Positions 49,472 through 58,767 of a DNA stretch of 64,000 bases are shown in pieces. The first letter of the stretch is position 1; every line of letters starts with the position of its first letter. The translations under genes and the position numbers were made by a program. Source of the stretch: Methanobacteriota archaeon (GTDB taxonomy: Archaea > Thermoplasmatota > Thermoplasmata > SG8-5 > JAGLSY01). The notes under the pieces were generated by a model. It saw only the letters and a program-made list of their open reading frames with translations. It had not been told where the DNA came from and did not search any database. The DNA lies in assembly GCA_020697715.1 (NCBI GenBank), contig JAEHCO010000001.1:192001-256000 (forward strand). Reading direction: 5' to 3'.

Positions 49472-49502
49472 GAGCATGACCATATTTATTGAAAAATTGA
49501 AT

Positions 49503-49530
49503 TAGCTTGAGCTGTTTTTAGCTCAAGCTA
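49503..49530. terminator. Hairpin between convergent genes
   Basis: TAGCTTGAGCT-N6-AGCTCAAGCTA, an 11-bp perfect inverted repeat. Confidence 0.6.
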
Positions 49531-49567
49531 CATCTACTAAATAAATCTAAGAAATAAAAGATTTTAC

Positions 49568-50731
49568 TTAGATCACTTTCTTTTTGGCAACCTTTTCTTG
49601 CTCGATCTGAGTTCCGCAAGCATAGCACATGACTGCGTCTCCACTGATCATAGTGCCACAGGATGGACAGGCGATCTCTTCGTCGCCACCAGCTTCCTCA
49701 GCAGGTGCATCTTCAGCAGGTGCATCGCCACCAGCATCTTCGATCTGGGTTCCGCAAGCATAGCACATGACTGCATCGTCGCTGATCATGGTGCCACAGG
49801 ATGGGCAGGCTTTCTCGCCATCGCCACCAGCTTCCTCGGATGGGGCTTCTTCAACAAGCTCGACCTCGGGTTCTGCTGGAGCTTCTTCCTCGGCTGGGGC
49901 TTCCTCTTCTGCTGGGGCCTCTTCCTCGGCTGGGGCTTCCTCTTCTGCTGGGGCCTCTTCCTCGGCTGGGGCTTCCTCTTCTGCTGGAGCCTCTTCCTCG
50001 GCTGGGGCTTCCTCTTCTGCTGGAGCCTCTTCCTCGGCTGGGGCTTCCTCATATGGAGCCTCCTCAACTGGTGCTGGAGCAGATGCGGCCTGTGCAGCCA
50101 CACCTCTAAGGGATTCCTCTTTCTGAAGGAGTTCCTGCTCTCTTTCCATCAGCTTCTTACCATCCTCTATGATCTTCTCCTTATTGGAGTTGAGATCCTC
50201 CTCTTCCTTGGCCAATGTCTTCTCTCTCTCGAGAAGCTCTTCGCCCTTGGCCATAAGTTTGTCCACGATTCCTTTCAATTCTTCGTGGGCTTTTACCTGT
50301 TCCTCCTCCCTAGCAACGATAGCGTTCCTTTTCTCAGATATCTCGCCCTCAACTTTCTGGATATCTTCCATTTTTGAGTAGATCTCTGATTCTCTTGTGG
50401 CCAGATCCTGTTGTTTAGTGTTTATCTCGGACTCTCTGGATTCAAATCCCTTCTCCAGATCCTGGATCCTCGCCTTCTCGCTTTCGAACGCTTGCTTATC
50501 TGAATCAAGTTGGCTCTTCATCGAATCAACTTCACTCTTCATTGATTCGATCTCGCTGGTCTTAGAATTAAGTTCGGCCTCCTTGGCCTCGAATGAAGCT
50601 TTGAGCTCCTCAACTTCCTTTTCCTTCTCAACTACAGCATTCTCTTTGTTGCGCAGCTCTTCTTCTTTGCTCTTAAACTGTTCAGCCTGCTTTTGCATGA
50701 CTTCCCATAGTGATGGTTCTTCTCCGCCCAA
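49568..50731 (-). CDS. Coiled-coil + (EEAPAE)n linker + double zinc-ribbon protein
   Basis: About 200-aa E/K heptad region; repeat linker; two CPSCGTMIS.DAVMCYACGTQIE copies; TTG start after GGAGG. Confidence 0.85.
   Translation of the reverse strand: MGGEEPSLWEVMQKQAEQFKSKEEELRNKENAVVEKEKEVEELKASFEAKEAELNSKTSEIESMKSEVDSMKSQLDSDKQAFESEKARIQDLEKGFESRESEINTKQQDLATRESEIYSKMEDIQKVEGEISEKRNAIVAREEEQVKAHEELKGIVDKLMAKGEELLEREKTLAKEEEDLNSNKEKIIEDGKKLMEREQELLQKEESLRGVAAQAASAPAPVEEAPYEEAPAEEEAPAEEEAPAEEEAPAEEEAPAEEEAPAEEEAPAEEEAPAEEEAPAEEEAPAEPEVELVEEAPSEEAGGDGEKACPSCGTMISDDAVMCYACGTQIEDAGGDAPAEDAPAEEAGGDEEIACPSCGTMISGDAVMCYACGTQIEQEKVAKKKVI
49871..50066 (-). repeat. Coding 18-bp tandem repeat (EEAPAE, about 11 copies)
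   Basis: Alternating cttcctcggctgggg / cctcttctgctgg units. Confidence 0.9.
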
Positions 50732-50835
50732 TTAAATTCCTCCAATTGTCTATTGTTTAAATTGCCCAACTTATGCCCAGTAAACATCTGATATATTAAG
50801 TAATTTTGCACGTGTTTTATCTGTTAATATACTGT

Positions 50836-51588
50836 TTACATCTCCGTGTCAAATATGGGGCCTAGCACGACTATGCCGCCCTTACCTATCTCGATAGCAT
50901 GCTTTTCCATGCTATGATGGCTCGCCCTCATCTTCTCAACTTGTAGATATCTGATCAGCTTGCCCCGATTCCTATCCAGGCCAAGCATTATTATTCCATC
51001 CACCAGGAAACCTTCATTACCCAGCAGATTTGACTCTCCACCGATGGATCTCTCCATTATTGCGAAACAGATAAGATTATTATCTCTTATCATTTTGAAG
51101 AAATAGAACATCTTCTTTCTCATACTATCGGTATCTTCCATCAATGAGTAGAGAGCGCCCAATGAATCAAGAGCGAACACGGTGAATTTCTCCCCATGCT
51201 TCTTCTTGAAATGAACTATCATCTTTTCTAAGAATTTTAAATAATCTGTCTCATCTCCACCTTCTACCACTCTGTCTATCTCACGCAGGTCTGTGAAATC
51301 ACTTATCTGCATATTGGTGGAAAGATCAACACCCAGACTTTCCATGTTCCTGACATGGCTCTGGACAGTCTCCTCCAGAGTTGTGTAAAGACCGAATCCA
51401 TCTGTATCCTCTAGATACTTGGAGAGCAAAGTATAGCAAAAGCTGGTCTTCATAGATCCTGGTGGACCTGTGATCAATACTATTGCTGGTGGTTTTATGT
51501 CCGTTCTGAATACCTTATCCAATCCACTGACCGAGTTCTTGAACAATTTTTCACCCCTTTTCAGATACAGGAGATAACAATTAAACAT
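50836..51588 (-). CDS. KaiC/RAD55-family ATPase
   Basis: SVSGLDKV, GPPGSMKT, TLEE, ALDSL, LVDGIIML, EKMR; start may be TTG near 51546. Confidence 0.85.
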   Translation of the reverse strand: MFNCYLLYLKRGEKLFKNSVSGLDKVFRTDIKPPAIVLITGPPGSMKTSFCYTLLSKYLEDTDGFGLYTTLEETVQSHVRNMESLGVDLSTNMQISDFTDLREIDRVVEGGDETDYLKFLEKMIVHFKKKHGEKFTVFALDSLGALYSLMEDTDSMRKKMFYFFKMIRDNNLICFAIMERSIGGESNLLGNEGFLVDGIIMLGLDRNRGKLIRYLQVEKMRASHHSMEKHAIEIGKGGIVVLGPIFDTEM

Positions 51589-51630
51589 TTATATTTACCC
51601 ATTGTGGTGGAGCAATGCATGTCCGGGTCA

Positions 51631-52758
51631 TCATTTATGCATTAGCTTGGCCAGTTCACGTATCGTCGCCCAGTCAGCATCTGTACGGATGCCTTTTGTA
51701 TCATAATGTACCGTGGAAGCTTGAAACCCTTTATCTTTTAAGGATTTGACAAATAATTTAGTATTTGGAGGATGGACCTTGCATTTACTGGCTATTTCGT
51801 CCGTCATGTAAATATAAGATGGTGAAGGGATCTCCGCTTTCAGATCCCTGAGCAAATTTATAGAATCTGTCGATATAGACATATCCGGGTCTTCGGATTC
51901 GCGAACCATGTCACCCAATAGATCCTGGTCATTGAGAGATCCAAGCCATAAAGGACCTCCATGGATAGCTCCTTTTTCAGGCCAGGGCACTGTTGTGTAA
52001 CCTCCATCCTTACTCCATATGATGAAACCAAATTGTTTGAGCAATGCGTCTGCTGGCTTCGCCCCTCTCTTCATTCTGAAATAACATCTGAAATAATGAC
52101 CGGAGAAGTATGAGAGGATCGGTATCGCGGCCACATCGAAGACAGCCGCCCTCTTTATTGTGTTTCCCACCAGTATACGCAGGCCAGTATCATGCATCGT
52201 CCCCTTATGAAGGGGTCTCGAACCATAACGTCTGATGCATGTCGTGGGGTATGTGCCACAGAGCGGAGCGGTGTCGGTGGCGGTTATCGATAATATTCCT
52301 CTACTTTTGACGGCGCGAATGGAGCCATCCAGGAAATCAACTGGAGATCCAAAAGGGTCTATGTCAACCCAATTGTATTTCTTTTCAGGGAGCAGGCCAT
52401 GAAGTCCATGATTTGATGGTATCACTCTGTCCCCTCGATCCCAATGTTCCGTGTTCTTCAGGATAAGCTCAAAGGCTTTCGGGCTGTGATCATTGATCAC
52501 TATTTCACAATCATGTTTGCCTTCTTCGTAAAGACGCAGCCCCTTCGCCCCTGATGCGGCGAGGCCATCCAATATGTTCCAGCCATCCTCCGCGATCACC
52601 CTCTCGAAAAGAACTGATATATCGCGATTGCCCCTCATAGCGGGATTGTAAAATACAGGTTCGGATCTGGCCATCGGGCCATTCAGGTGTTTGGTGGATG
52701 GAACGAACATCGCTGTCGCTCCTTCGATTATCTCATTATAATTATCGGCCTGGGTCAA
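51631..52758 (-). CDS. trm1: tRNA (guanine-26-N2) dimethyltransferase
   Basis: VFYNPAM..NRDIS, DIDPFGSP, TATDTAPLCG, GPLWLG. Confidence 0.93.
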   Translation of the reverse strand: MTQADNYNEIIEGATAMFVPSTKHLNGPMARSEPVFYNPAMRGNRDISVLFERVIAEDGWNILDGLAASGAKGLRLYEEGKHDCEIVINDHSPKAFELILKNTEHWDRGDRVIPSNHGLHGLLPEKKYNWVDIDPFGSPVDFLDGSIRAVKSRGILSITATDTAPLCGTYPTTCIRRYGSRPLHKGTMHDTGLRILVGNTIKRAAVFDVAAIPILSYFSGHYFRCYFRMKRGAKPADALLKQFGFIIWSKDGGYTTVPWPEKGAIHGGPLWLGSLNDQDLLGDMVRESEDPDMSISTDSINLLRDLKAEIPSPSYIYMTDEIASKCKVHPPNTKLFVKSLKDKGFQASTVHYDTKGIRTDADWATIRELAKLMHK

Positions 52759-52771
52759 GTCAGACCTCCGT

Positions 52772-53365
52772 TCAGAGAAGCTCTCCTTTGATGAGCTTCA
52801 TTATCTTATATGGGAGAAGATTTCGGTTAACAGGAGTTACTTCCAATATCCTGACATCGTCCCTGCGCCGGATATCCTGTAAAAGAGGGTTCCTTGATTT
52901 CTTGTGAAGTGTCAGAAGCATCATCTTGTCAGAATCAAGAGCATCCTCGACAACCTTTACAAAACCCGGACTCTCGACCTCCATCTTGCCAACCTCGTCG
53001 ATGATGATCATATCCGCATTATCGATCGCTCCTTGAATGGCCTTCACACCTAGAGATTCCAGGGCCTTCTGATCGACCCCATAAGGACCGACGGATAGAG
53101 TGGATTCGATATTGATATGTGCGAATTTGCGCTTCTTGCCAGTCATCCAGTCCTTGATGTAGAAGCCTACTCTTTTATTTCTGAAAATAATGGGTTCGGT
53201 AACCATACCGCCCACTACTATATCTTCAGCCTCGACCATCTCGATTATCTTCAAAAGTGTTTGTGTCTTCCCCGAACTGGGTAGACCAGTAATGCCTATT
53301 TTTACTACTTCGGATGCTTTAACATCCTCTTGCCCACTATCATCTGTACCCATATGGATATCCAC
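52772..53365 (-). CDS. THEP1-family nucleoside triphosphatase
   Basis: KIGITGLPSSGKT, RVGF, IIDEVGKME, VTPVNR. Confidence 0.9.
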   Translation of the reverse strand: MDIHMGTDDSGQEDVKASEVVKIGITGLPSSGKTQTLLKIIEMVEAEDIVVGGMVTEPIIFRNKRVGFYIKDWMTGKKRKFAHINIESTLSVGPYGVDQKALESLGVKAIQGAIDNADMIIIDEVGKMEVESPGFVKVVEDALDSDKMMLLTLHKKSRNPLLQDIRRRDDVRILEVTPVNRNLLPYKIMKLIKGELL

Positions 53366-53486
53366 CGTACTGTTCTTATTCCATCCGGTATGGTTTCATC
53401 CTTTATAATATATTCCGCTCTATAATAATATTAGGATAATGTACAGAATGGCATATATGTCTAACTGAATACCAAGAAAATATGGG

Positions 53487-54950
53487 TTATCCATCTCTGG
53501 CTCTGAGGATCATCTCCCCGACCATCTTATCCGCAAGTTGAAGGAACTCGTCCTCCTTCCCAGCCTCTATGGTGGCTCCAGCCGCGACATTGTGACCCCC
53601 GCCTATGCCTCCGATCTCCTCGGTTATCTTGCTCATCAGCTCGGAAAGATCGATACCCATGGCTGCCATATCGTCGGTCGATCTGCCAGATACCTTGACC
53701 CCATCCTCCGCATCTGAAAAGGCGAATATCGGCATGTGCTTGGGTATCTTACCAGAGCCAAGCACCATACCGGCGACTATCCCGATCACACTATCCAGTA
53801 TCTGATCTCCAGCATGCACATATTGAATATTGTCCATGGTCTCGATGCCCATCTCTTCTATAATCTTCATGGACTGCACCAGATATTTCTTATGTCCGCC
53901 TTGAAGATCAAAGGCCTGGTTCAGGTACGTGGCTCTGTCACCCTTACATACCTCGAAAGCGACCTCCGCCTTCCCATACCTTCCGCATGAATTGAGCAGG
54001 GTGGCGAATTCCTTGGCCTCATGAAGTGATGTGCCTGGCTTTTCATTTACAAATAGATAAATTTCAGATAATAATTCCTCTCGAGAGGCGAAATTGCTCA
54101 GCGCGGAAAGAAGGCGACGCTGTTCCATCCTATCCAGATCTGACCACGATCTCCACTTCTCCCCGGCCTTGAGGTCGATATCCAGACTCATGAGGAAGTT
54201 CATGCACGCTCTGTAATTCCCGCTCAAACCTATGAGCTCGGGATCGGAAGTGTACTGGATGAGCTTGTAAAGAGGGCGTGTTTCCCTTCCATAAAGCCCG
54301 ATATCCACGATAGCTTCCATTGCTCCGGATTCGATAGCGTCCTCCAATATCTCACGATTGGTCCCTATCAATTTCCCTTCCCCTCGGTCTTGAAGATCAC
54401 CCACGGCTCCAACTATCGCGATGCTGGCCAGCCATTTCAATTCGGGAGCGAGTTCCCTTGCCACGAGATAAGCTGTTCCGGCTCCGCTTATGTCGGTGGA
54501 GCCGTCCCGCCCCACGAGGTGTGGGTTCACTTGCAAGATGTTCGATGTAACAGGAGTGGGCGTGCCGGATGCCTCGGAAAAATCAAATAGGGTTTTGGGA
54601 GAAGATGATGTTGAAGTTCCCACATCCTCCTTCTCCTCAAATGTCTCGACCTTCACCTCGGATGGCACATGGTGATCGGAAATCACGGCATTTAGGTTAC
54701 CCAGCATATGGACATACCCACTGCCAAGATCCGTGAACCATATCAGCTCGTGGTTCCCGGCCTCGAGATCGGCTATGAGCTTCTCATCCAGTTTCTTGAC
54801 GAATCTGATCTCATTCTTGATCCCGATGTGATCCAGAACATAGGAAGCGATACTGCCCGATGATATGCCGTCAGCATCAATATGGCTGATAATAAGCACG
54901 CTGGATGCATCCCTTAGCCGCTCGGCGACCTTCTTCGCAGCTTCCTTCAC
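53487..54950 (-). CDS. RecJ-like DHH/DHHA1 phosphoesterase
   Basis: SHIDADG, TDLGSG, SDHH, GAVGDLQ, NSCGR, GGGHNVAAG. Confidence 0.9.
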   Translation of the reverse strand: MKEAAKKVAERLRDASSVLIISHIDADGISSGSIASYVLDHIGIKNEIRFVKKLDEKLIADLEAGNHELIWFTDLGSGYVHMLGNLNAVISDHHVPSEVKVETFEEKEDVGTSTSSSPKTLFDFSEASGTPTPVTSNILQVNPHLVGRDGSTDISGAGTAYLVARELAPELKWLASIAIVGAVGDLQDRGEGKLIGTNREILEDAIESGAMEAIVDIGLYGRETRPLYKLIQYTSDPELIGLSGNYRACMNFLMSLDIDLKAGEKWRSWSDLDRMEQRRLLSALSNFASREELLSEIYLFVNEKPGTSLHEAKEFATLLNSCGRYGKAEVAFEVCKGDRATYLNQAFDLQGGHKKYLVQSMKIIEEMGIETMDNIQYVHAGDQILDSVIGIVAGMVLGSGKIPKHMPIFAFSDAEDGVKVSGRSTDDMAAMGIDLSELMSKITEEIGGIGGGHNVAAGATIEAGKEDEFLQLADKMVGEMILRARDG

Positions 54951-55021
54951 GTCAGGGTGTATGGACTTCCAGTAATAAGTAATTGCGCTGGGGTGGGTGA
55001 AAGTATAGGGACAATTTCATA

Positions 55022-55708
55022 TCAGGTTATCAGGTCTAATTCTATTCGTCCATCCTCGACCATTATTATGCGGTCCGTTCGCTCCGCGATCTTCCTATCA
55101 TGGGTCACGATCAGGAAAGTGGTGCCATATTCTTCATTTATCTGCCTCAGAAGCCGATAAACACTGTCGGTCGTATCTGTATCGAGGTTGCCAGTTGGCT
55201 CATCAGCCAGTATCAATTTGGGATTGTTTATCAAGGCACGGGCAATGGCCGCCCTCTGCTGCTGGCCGCCTGACATTTCCGTTGAGAGATTGTTCTTCAC
55301 TGCATCCAAACCTACGAGTCCCAACAATTCATCCGCCCTCTTCTCTATCTCCGAAGTGGTCTTTCCATGCTGGATAAGATACGGCATTAGCACATTTTCC
55401 CGTGCCGTGAACTCTGGCAAGAGATGATGGAATTGGAAGATGAAACCAAGACTCTGATTTCTAAGGCTGGCCAACTGATCCTTGGTCATCGTGTCCGTTC
55501 TCTGGCCAGCTATCTCCACAGTGCCTTTCGTGGCCTTATCCAGGGTGCCTATGATGTTAAGAAGGGTGGATTTACCACTACCCGATTGGCCAACCAGTGA
55601 ATTGAAGCTACCTTCCTCCACCTTCAGATCGATGTCGAAAAGAACCTGGGTCTCGATGGCTCCCGAATATATCTTGCTCACTTTTTGCATATTTATCATA
55701 TCAGCCAT
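55022..55708 (-). CDS. ABC transporter ATP-binding protein (LolD-like)
   Basis: GQSGSGKS, FQFHHLLPEF, MSGGQ, ADEPTGNLD. Confidence 0.92.
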   Translation of the reverse strand: MADMINMQKVSKIYSGAIETQVLFDIDLKVEEGSFNSLVGQSGSGKSTLLNIIGTLDKATKGTVEIAGQRTDTMTKDQLASLRNQSLGFIFQFHHLLPEFTARENVLMPYLIQHGKTTSEIEKRADELLGLVGLDAVKNNLSTEMSGGQQQRAAIARALINNPKLILADEPTGNLDTDTTDSVYRLLRQINEEYGTTFLIVTHDRKIAERTDRIIMVEDGRIELDLIT

Positions 55709-56855
55709 TGCGTATCACCTCGATGGGGTCGAGTTTTCTGGATTTGATCGCTGGAAGTAAAGATGCCATTGCCGACGCGATGACGGCAATGAGTCCGGAC
55801 AATAGCAGGAAATTGATATCAAAGGATGATGATATTATCGAATCACCACTGCTGGATAGAGCCTGGATGAAACCATAAAAAAGGATGGCTCCCAATAAAA
55901 CGCCCATGATGGCCCCGCCTATGCCCAGGAGCAGACCTTGATAAAGGAATATCAGACTGGCCTGGCTATCCTTGATCCCCATTGCCTTGAGTATGCCGAT
56001 CTGCCGGGACTTCTGAACCACGGTTATTGAAAGTATACTGGCTATGCCGATGACCACCGAAAGGAGAACGAAGGTCTGGATCATGTAGCTGGAGGCTCCC
56101 TGTGATGCCAATGCGCTGAAGAAATCCGGATTGTCATCCTTCCAGTTATTGACCGTGATCGGAGAATTACCAAGAGCCGCCGCCACTTCCTCCGCGGTAC
56201 TGTCTGTCGTGAAGATGTCCGTGGTCTGGGTCTCTATCGATGTTATATTATCTCCAAGGCTATAAATGGACTGGGCCGAGGCAATGTTCACGATGATCCA
56301 TCTTTCATTGACGATCGCCGATCCCAGATCGTAAATGCCAGACACCCACAATGTGAAAGTGTTCTGGGAAGGAGTGATGATATCAAGACCATCACCGACT
56401 GAAAGTGTAAGATCGGTAGCCAGCTCCTTTCCAACAAGGACTTGGGTGTCATTGGTCGGGACATCGCCCTCATATGTGTTCTCGGCCAGCTCGTATATCG
56501 CTTCTGCCTGGGTCATGTCCAGACCCCTTACTAAAATAGAATTGGACTGACTGCCTTTGACGATAAGGGCGGGTGAATCCACGGCAGGAGATACTGCCGT
56601 GATACCATCTATATTCTGAATGCCAGCTACCTTGCTTTCCCAATTGTCTATAATGATCTCATCCTCTGCCGGGAATACAGTCACATGGGACGCGTTCCCC
56701 GTGGTCTCCTCCAGAAATCCTTCCTGTAGATTTGTGAGAAGCTGGCCGACGAATATCTGGACCGCGATACCAACAGCCAGACCCATCATTATCAAAAGGG
56801 TCTGCATCTTGCTGGACTTGAGAAATCTAAGAGCTATCTTGAAGGAGACCATCAT
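55701..56855 (-). CDS. FtsX/LolE-like ABC permease
   Basis: 1+3 TM layout with large extracellular loop; QIGILKAMG; LDPIEVIR. Confidence 0.9.
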   Translation of the reverse strand: MMVSFKIALRFLKSSKMQTLLIMMGLAVGIAVQIFVGQLLTNLQEGFLEETTGNASHVTVFPAEDEIIIDNWESKVAGIQNIDGITAVSPAVDSPALIVKGSQSNSILVRGLDMTQAEAIYELAENTYEGDVPTNDTQVLVGKELATDLTLSVGDGLDIITPSQNTFTLWVSGIYDLGSAIVNERWIIVNIASAQSIYSLGDNITSIETQTTDIFTTDSTAEEVAAALGNSPITVNNWKDDNPDFFSALASQGASSYMIQTFVLLSVVIGIASILSITVVQKSRQIGILKAMGIKDSQASLIFLYQGLLLGIGGAIMGVLLGAILFYGFIQALSSSGDSIISSSFDINFLLLSGLIAVIASAMASLLPAIKSRKLDPIEVIRNG

Positions 56856-57496
56856 TCCACCGCCAGCTTGGATATCTCTTCGATGGTCTGCATCTCCATG
56901 TCCGCTCCTATCTCCTTGAATAAATTTGGCTTGTCTACAAACGCCTGGCCACCAACGATCACTGTGATATCGGGATAAGACTTTTTTATCAACAATATCA
57001 CTTTCTGGGTCGCCATCAGATTATAAGAATTTGTAATGCTCATCGCCACGTATTTGGGCTTTTCCACCTCGATAGCGGATATGATCGAGGTGAGTGGGGT
57101 ATTGGCTCCAATGAATGTGACCTCGAAACCACTAAGTGTGAAATAATCAGCCACCATCCTGGCACCTATCTCATGAAGCTCCTCGGTGGGGCAGACGACT
57201 AGAACTCGCTGGCCTTTGCGATCCCCGAACTTTTCCTTGCTGGCTCCAGCCACCCGGAGATAACAGGATTCTATCACTGTTCGGATTATCGAACTGCGGG
57301 CATGCTCCTTCCATATGCACTCGGCCTCTGGCACATCGCAAATGATCTCATAAAGGGCAGGTGTGAGTATATTCTGGTACAAGTCCACTATACTGGAAAC
57401 CTTACCAGAATCAAGCCAGCCATTGACAAGCTCTATACATCCGGCCTTGTCATTCTTCTCTATGAGTCCGATGAATTCTCTCTTTAATTCCTCCAT
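56852..57496 (-). CDS. Stand-alone cobalamin-binding protein (cap + B12 Rossmann domain)
   Basis: LTPALYEI...WKEH; PTEELHEIGARMV; IGANTP; VGGQAF. Confidence 0.8.
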   Translation of the reverse strand: MEELKREFIGLIEKNDKAGCIELVNGWLDSGKVSSIVDLYQNILTPALYEIICDVPEAECIWKEHARSSIIRTVIESCYLRVAGASKEKFGDRKGQRVLVVCPTEELHEIGARMVADYFTLSGFEVTFIGANTPLTSIISAIEVEKPKYVAMSITNSYNLMATQKVILLIKKSYPDITVIVGGQAFVDKPNLFKEIGADMEMQTIEEISKLAVE

Positions 57497-57555
57497 GAGG
57501 CTGAATCTGATAGGTTAGTGATAAGTCTTTTTCCTAAATTATTTGAGATGGGGAG

Positions 57556-58092
57556 TTATCTTCCAGGAGCCTTGCCTTTTCTCGACTTAACTGGCCTTTT
57601 AGGGTTATTGTGATCCCTAACATTGCCCTTCTTCATCTGCCCAGACCTCTTGCCTTGTCTGGGTTTCTGACCTCTGGCCTGGCTCTGCTTCTGGCCCTGT
57701 TTCTTATCCTGCTTGGAGCCCGGTCTTATTTCGTATGACTTGCAGATGGCCTTGTTCCCACTGTCAATGCCTTTTTTATTGCAGAATCCCTCCACCCAAT
57801 ATGTGCAATTGGAGCAATTGTATTCGTCTTCCTCCAATTTCCTTTCCACAGTGGTGAAGGCCACGGACACCATGCCGGAACCCACGCTGTATCGGAAGGA
57901 CTGGTAGGGGATGTTCTTCCACTTGCAGTAGATGGTGGAAGCTGATGGAGGGTCGCGATCGTCATAGTATCCTTTATCCGGATCATCTCCTCCTCTGGCT
58001 GCCACAATGGATGTCATGGATCTACAACCTGGGCAGAAGATTGCCTGGCCAGTTTCGACCAGTTCTCTACATTTTGGACAATACCGCTTCAT
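57556..58092 (-). CDS. Cys-rich hypothetical protein with basic tail
   Basis: CPKC..CPGC and CSNC...C...C clusters; K/Q/R-rich C-terminus. Confidence 0.6.
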   Translation of the reverse strand: MKRYCPKCRELVETGQAIFCPGCRSMTSIVAARGGDDPDKGYYDDRDPPSASTIYCKWKNIPYQSFRYSVGSGMVSVAFTTVERKLEEDEYNCSNCTYWVEGFCNKKGIDSGNKAICKSYEIRPGSKQDKKQGQKQSQARGQKPRQGKRSGQMKKGNVRDHNNPKRPVKSRKGKAPGR

Positions 58093-58231
58093 CGTGTCAC
58101 TTCTATACCTTCTATGATGTTATAGGATTTAATCATTATCCGGCCAAAGGAGTGCGCGCACCAAATATTGGAAATGGGAAAAGGATTATAGAACAAAACA
58201 TGGTTGTGTTATTAAAGATGGAGTGAAATAA

Positions 58232-58726
58232 ATGAAAATATGCCTAGCTTATGCGTCAAGGACCGGGAATTCGGAACTTATAGCCAATCAATTAATATCG
58301 AAACTGGAAATGAGTGGAAATTCGATAGATGTCATTAAGATCGAACCTGAAACAATGCCAAGGTTCTTTGGAGCTGGAGCCAAGAGCATGAAGCAAGAGG
58401 AGATGAAGCTGAAGAACACGGAGGTCGATATTGGCCAATACGACCTGTTCATCATCGGGGGTCCAGTATGGGCCGGCAGACCATCGCCTTTGTTCGCGTC
58501 CTTCTTGGAATTAGTAAAAAATGCGGAAGGAAAGAAAGCGGCTTATTTCGTCACCCAGATCACTCCCATTGGAAAGAATAAAGAAATGCCAGGTGTGATG
58601 AAAAACAACCTGAACAAGAAAGGTTTTGATATCGTAGGTGAGCCATTGATCCTGCGAATGAAGAAAGGTGAATTTCTTGATGGGGAAGAGAATATTGATG
58701 ATTTTGTGAAAGCCATAGGGGAATAG
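58232..58726 (+). CDS. Flavodoxin-family protein
   Basis: YASRTGNSE, IGGPVWAG. Confidence 0.85.
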   Translation: MKICLAYASRTGNSELIANQLISKLEMSGNSIDVIKIEPETMPRFFGAGAKSMKQEEMKLKNTEVDIGQYDLFIIGGPVWAGRPSPLFASFLELVKNAEGKKAAYFVTQITPIGKNKEMPGVMKNNLNKKGFDIVGEPLILRMKKGEFLDGEENIDDFVKAIGE

Positions 58727-58767
58727 ACGGAAGTAATCCGAAGGTTAATTATCATCCTCCGCAATAA

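Noticed and set aside
49871-50066. 18/36-bp tandem repeat as a CRISPR array or iteron
   Set aside because: It encodes the EEAPAE linker inside a gene
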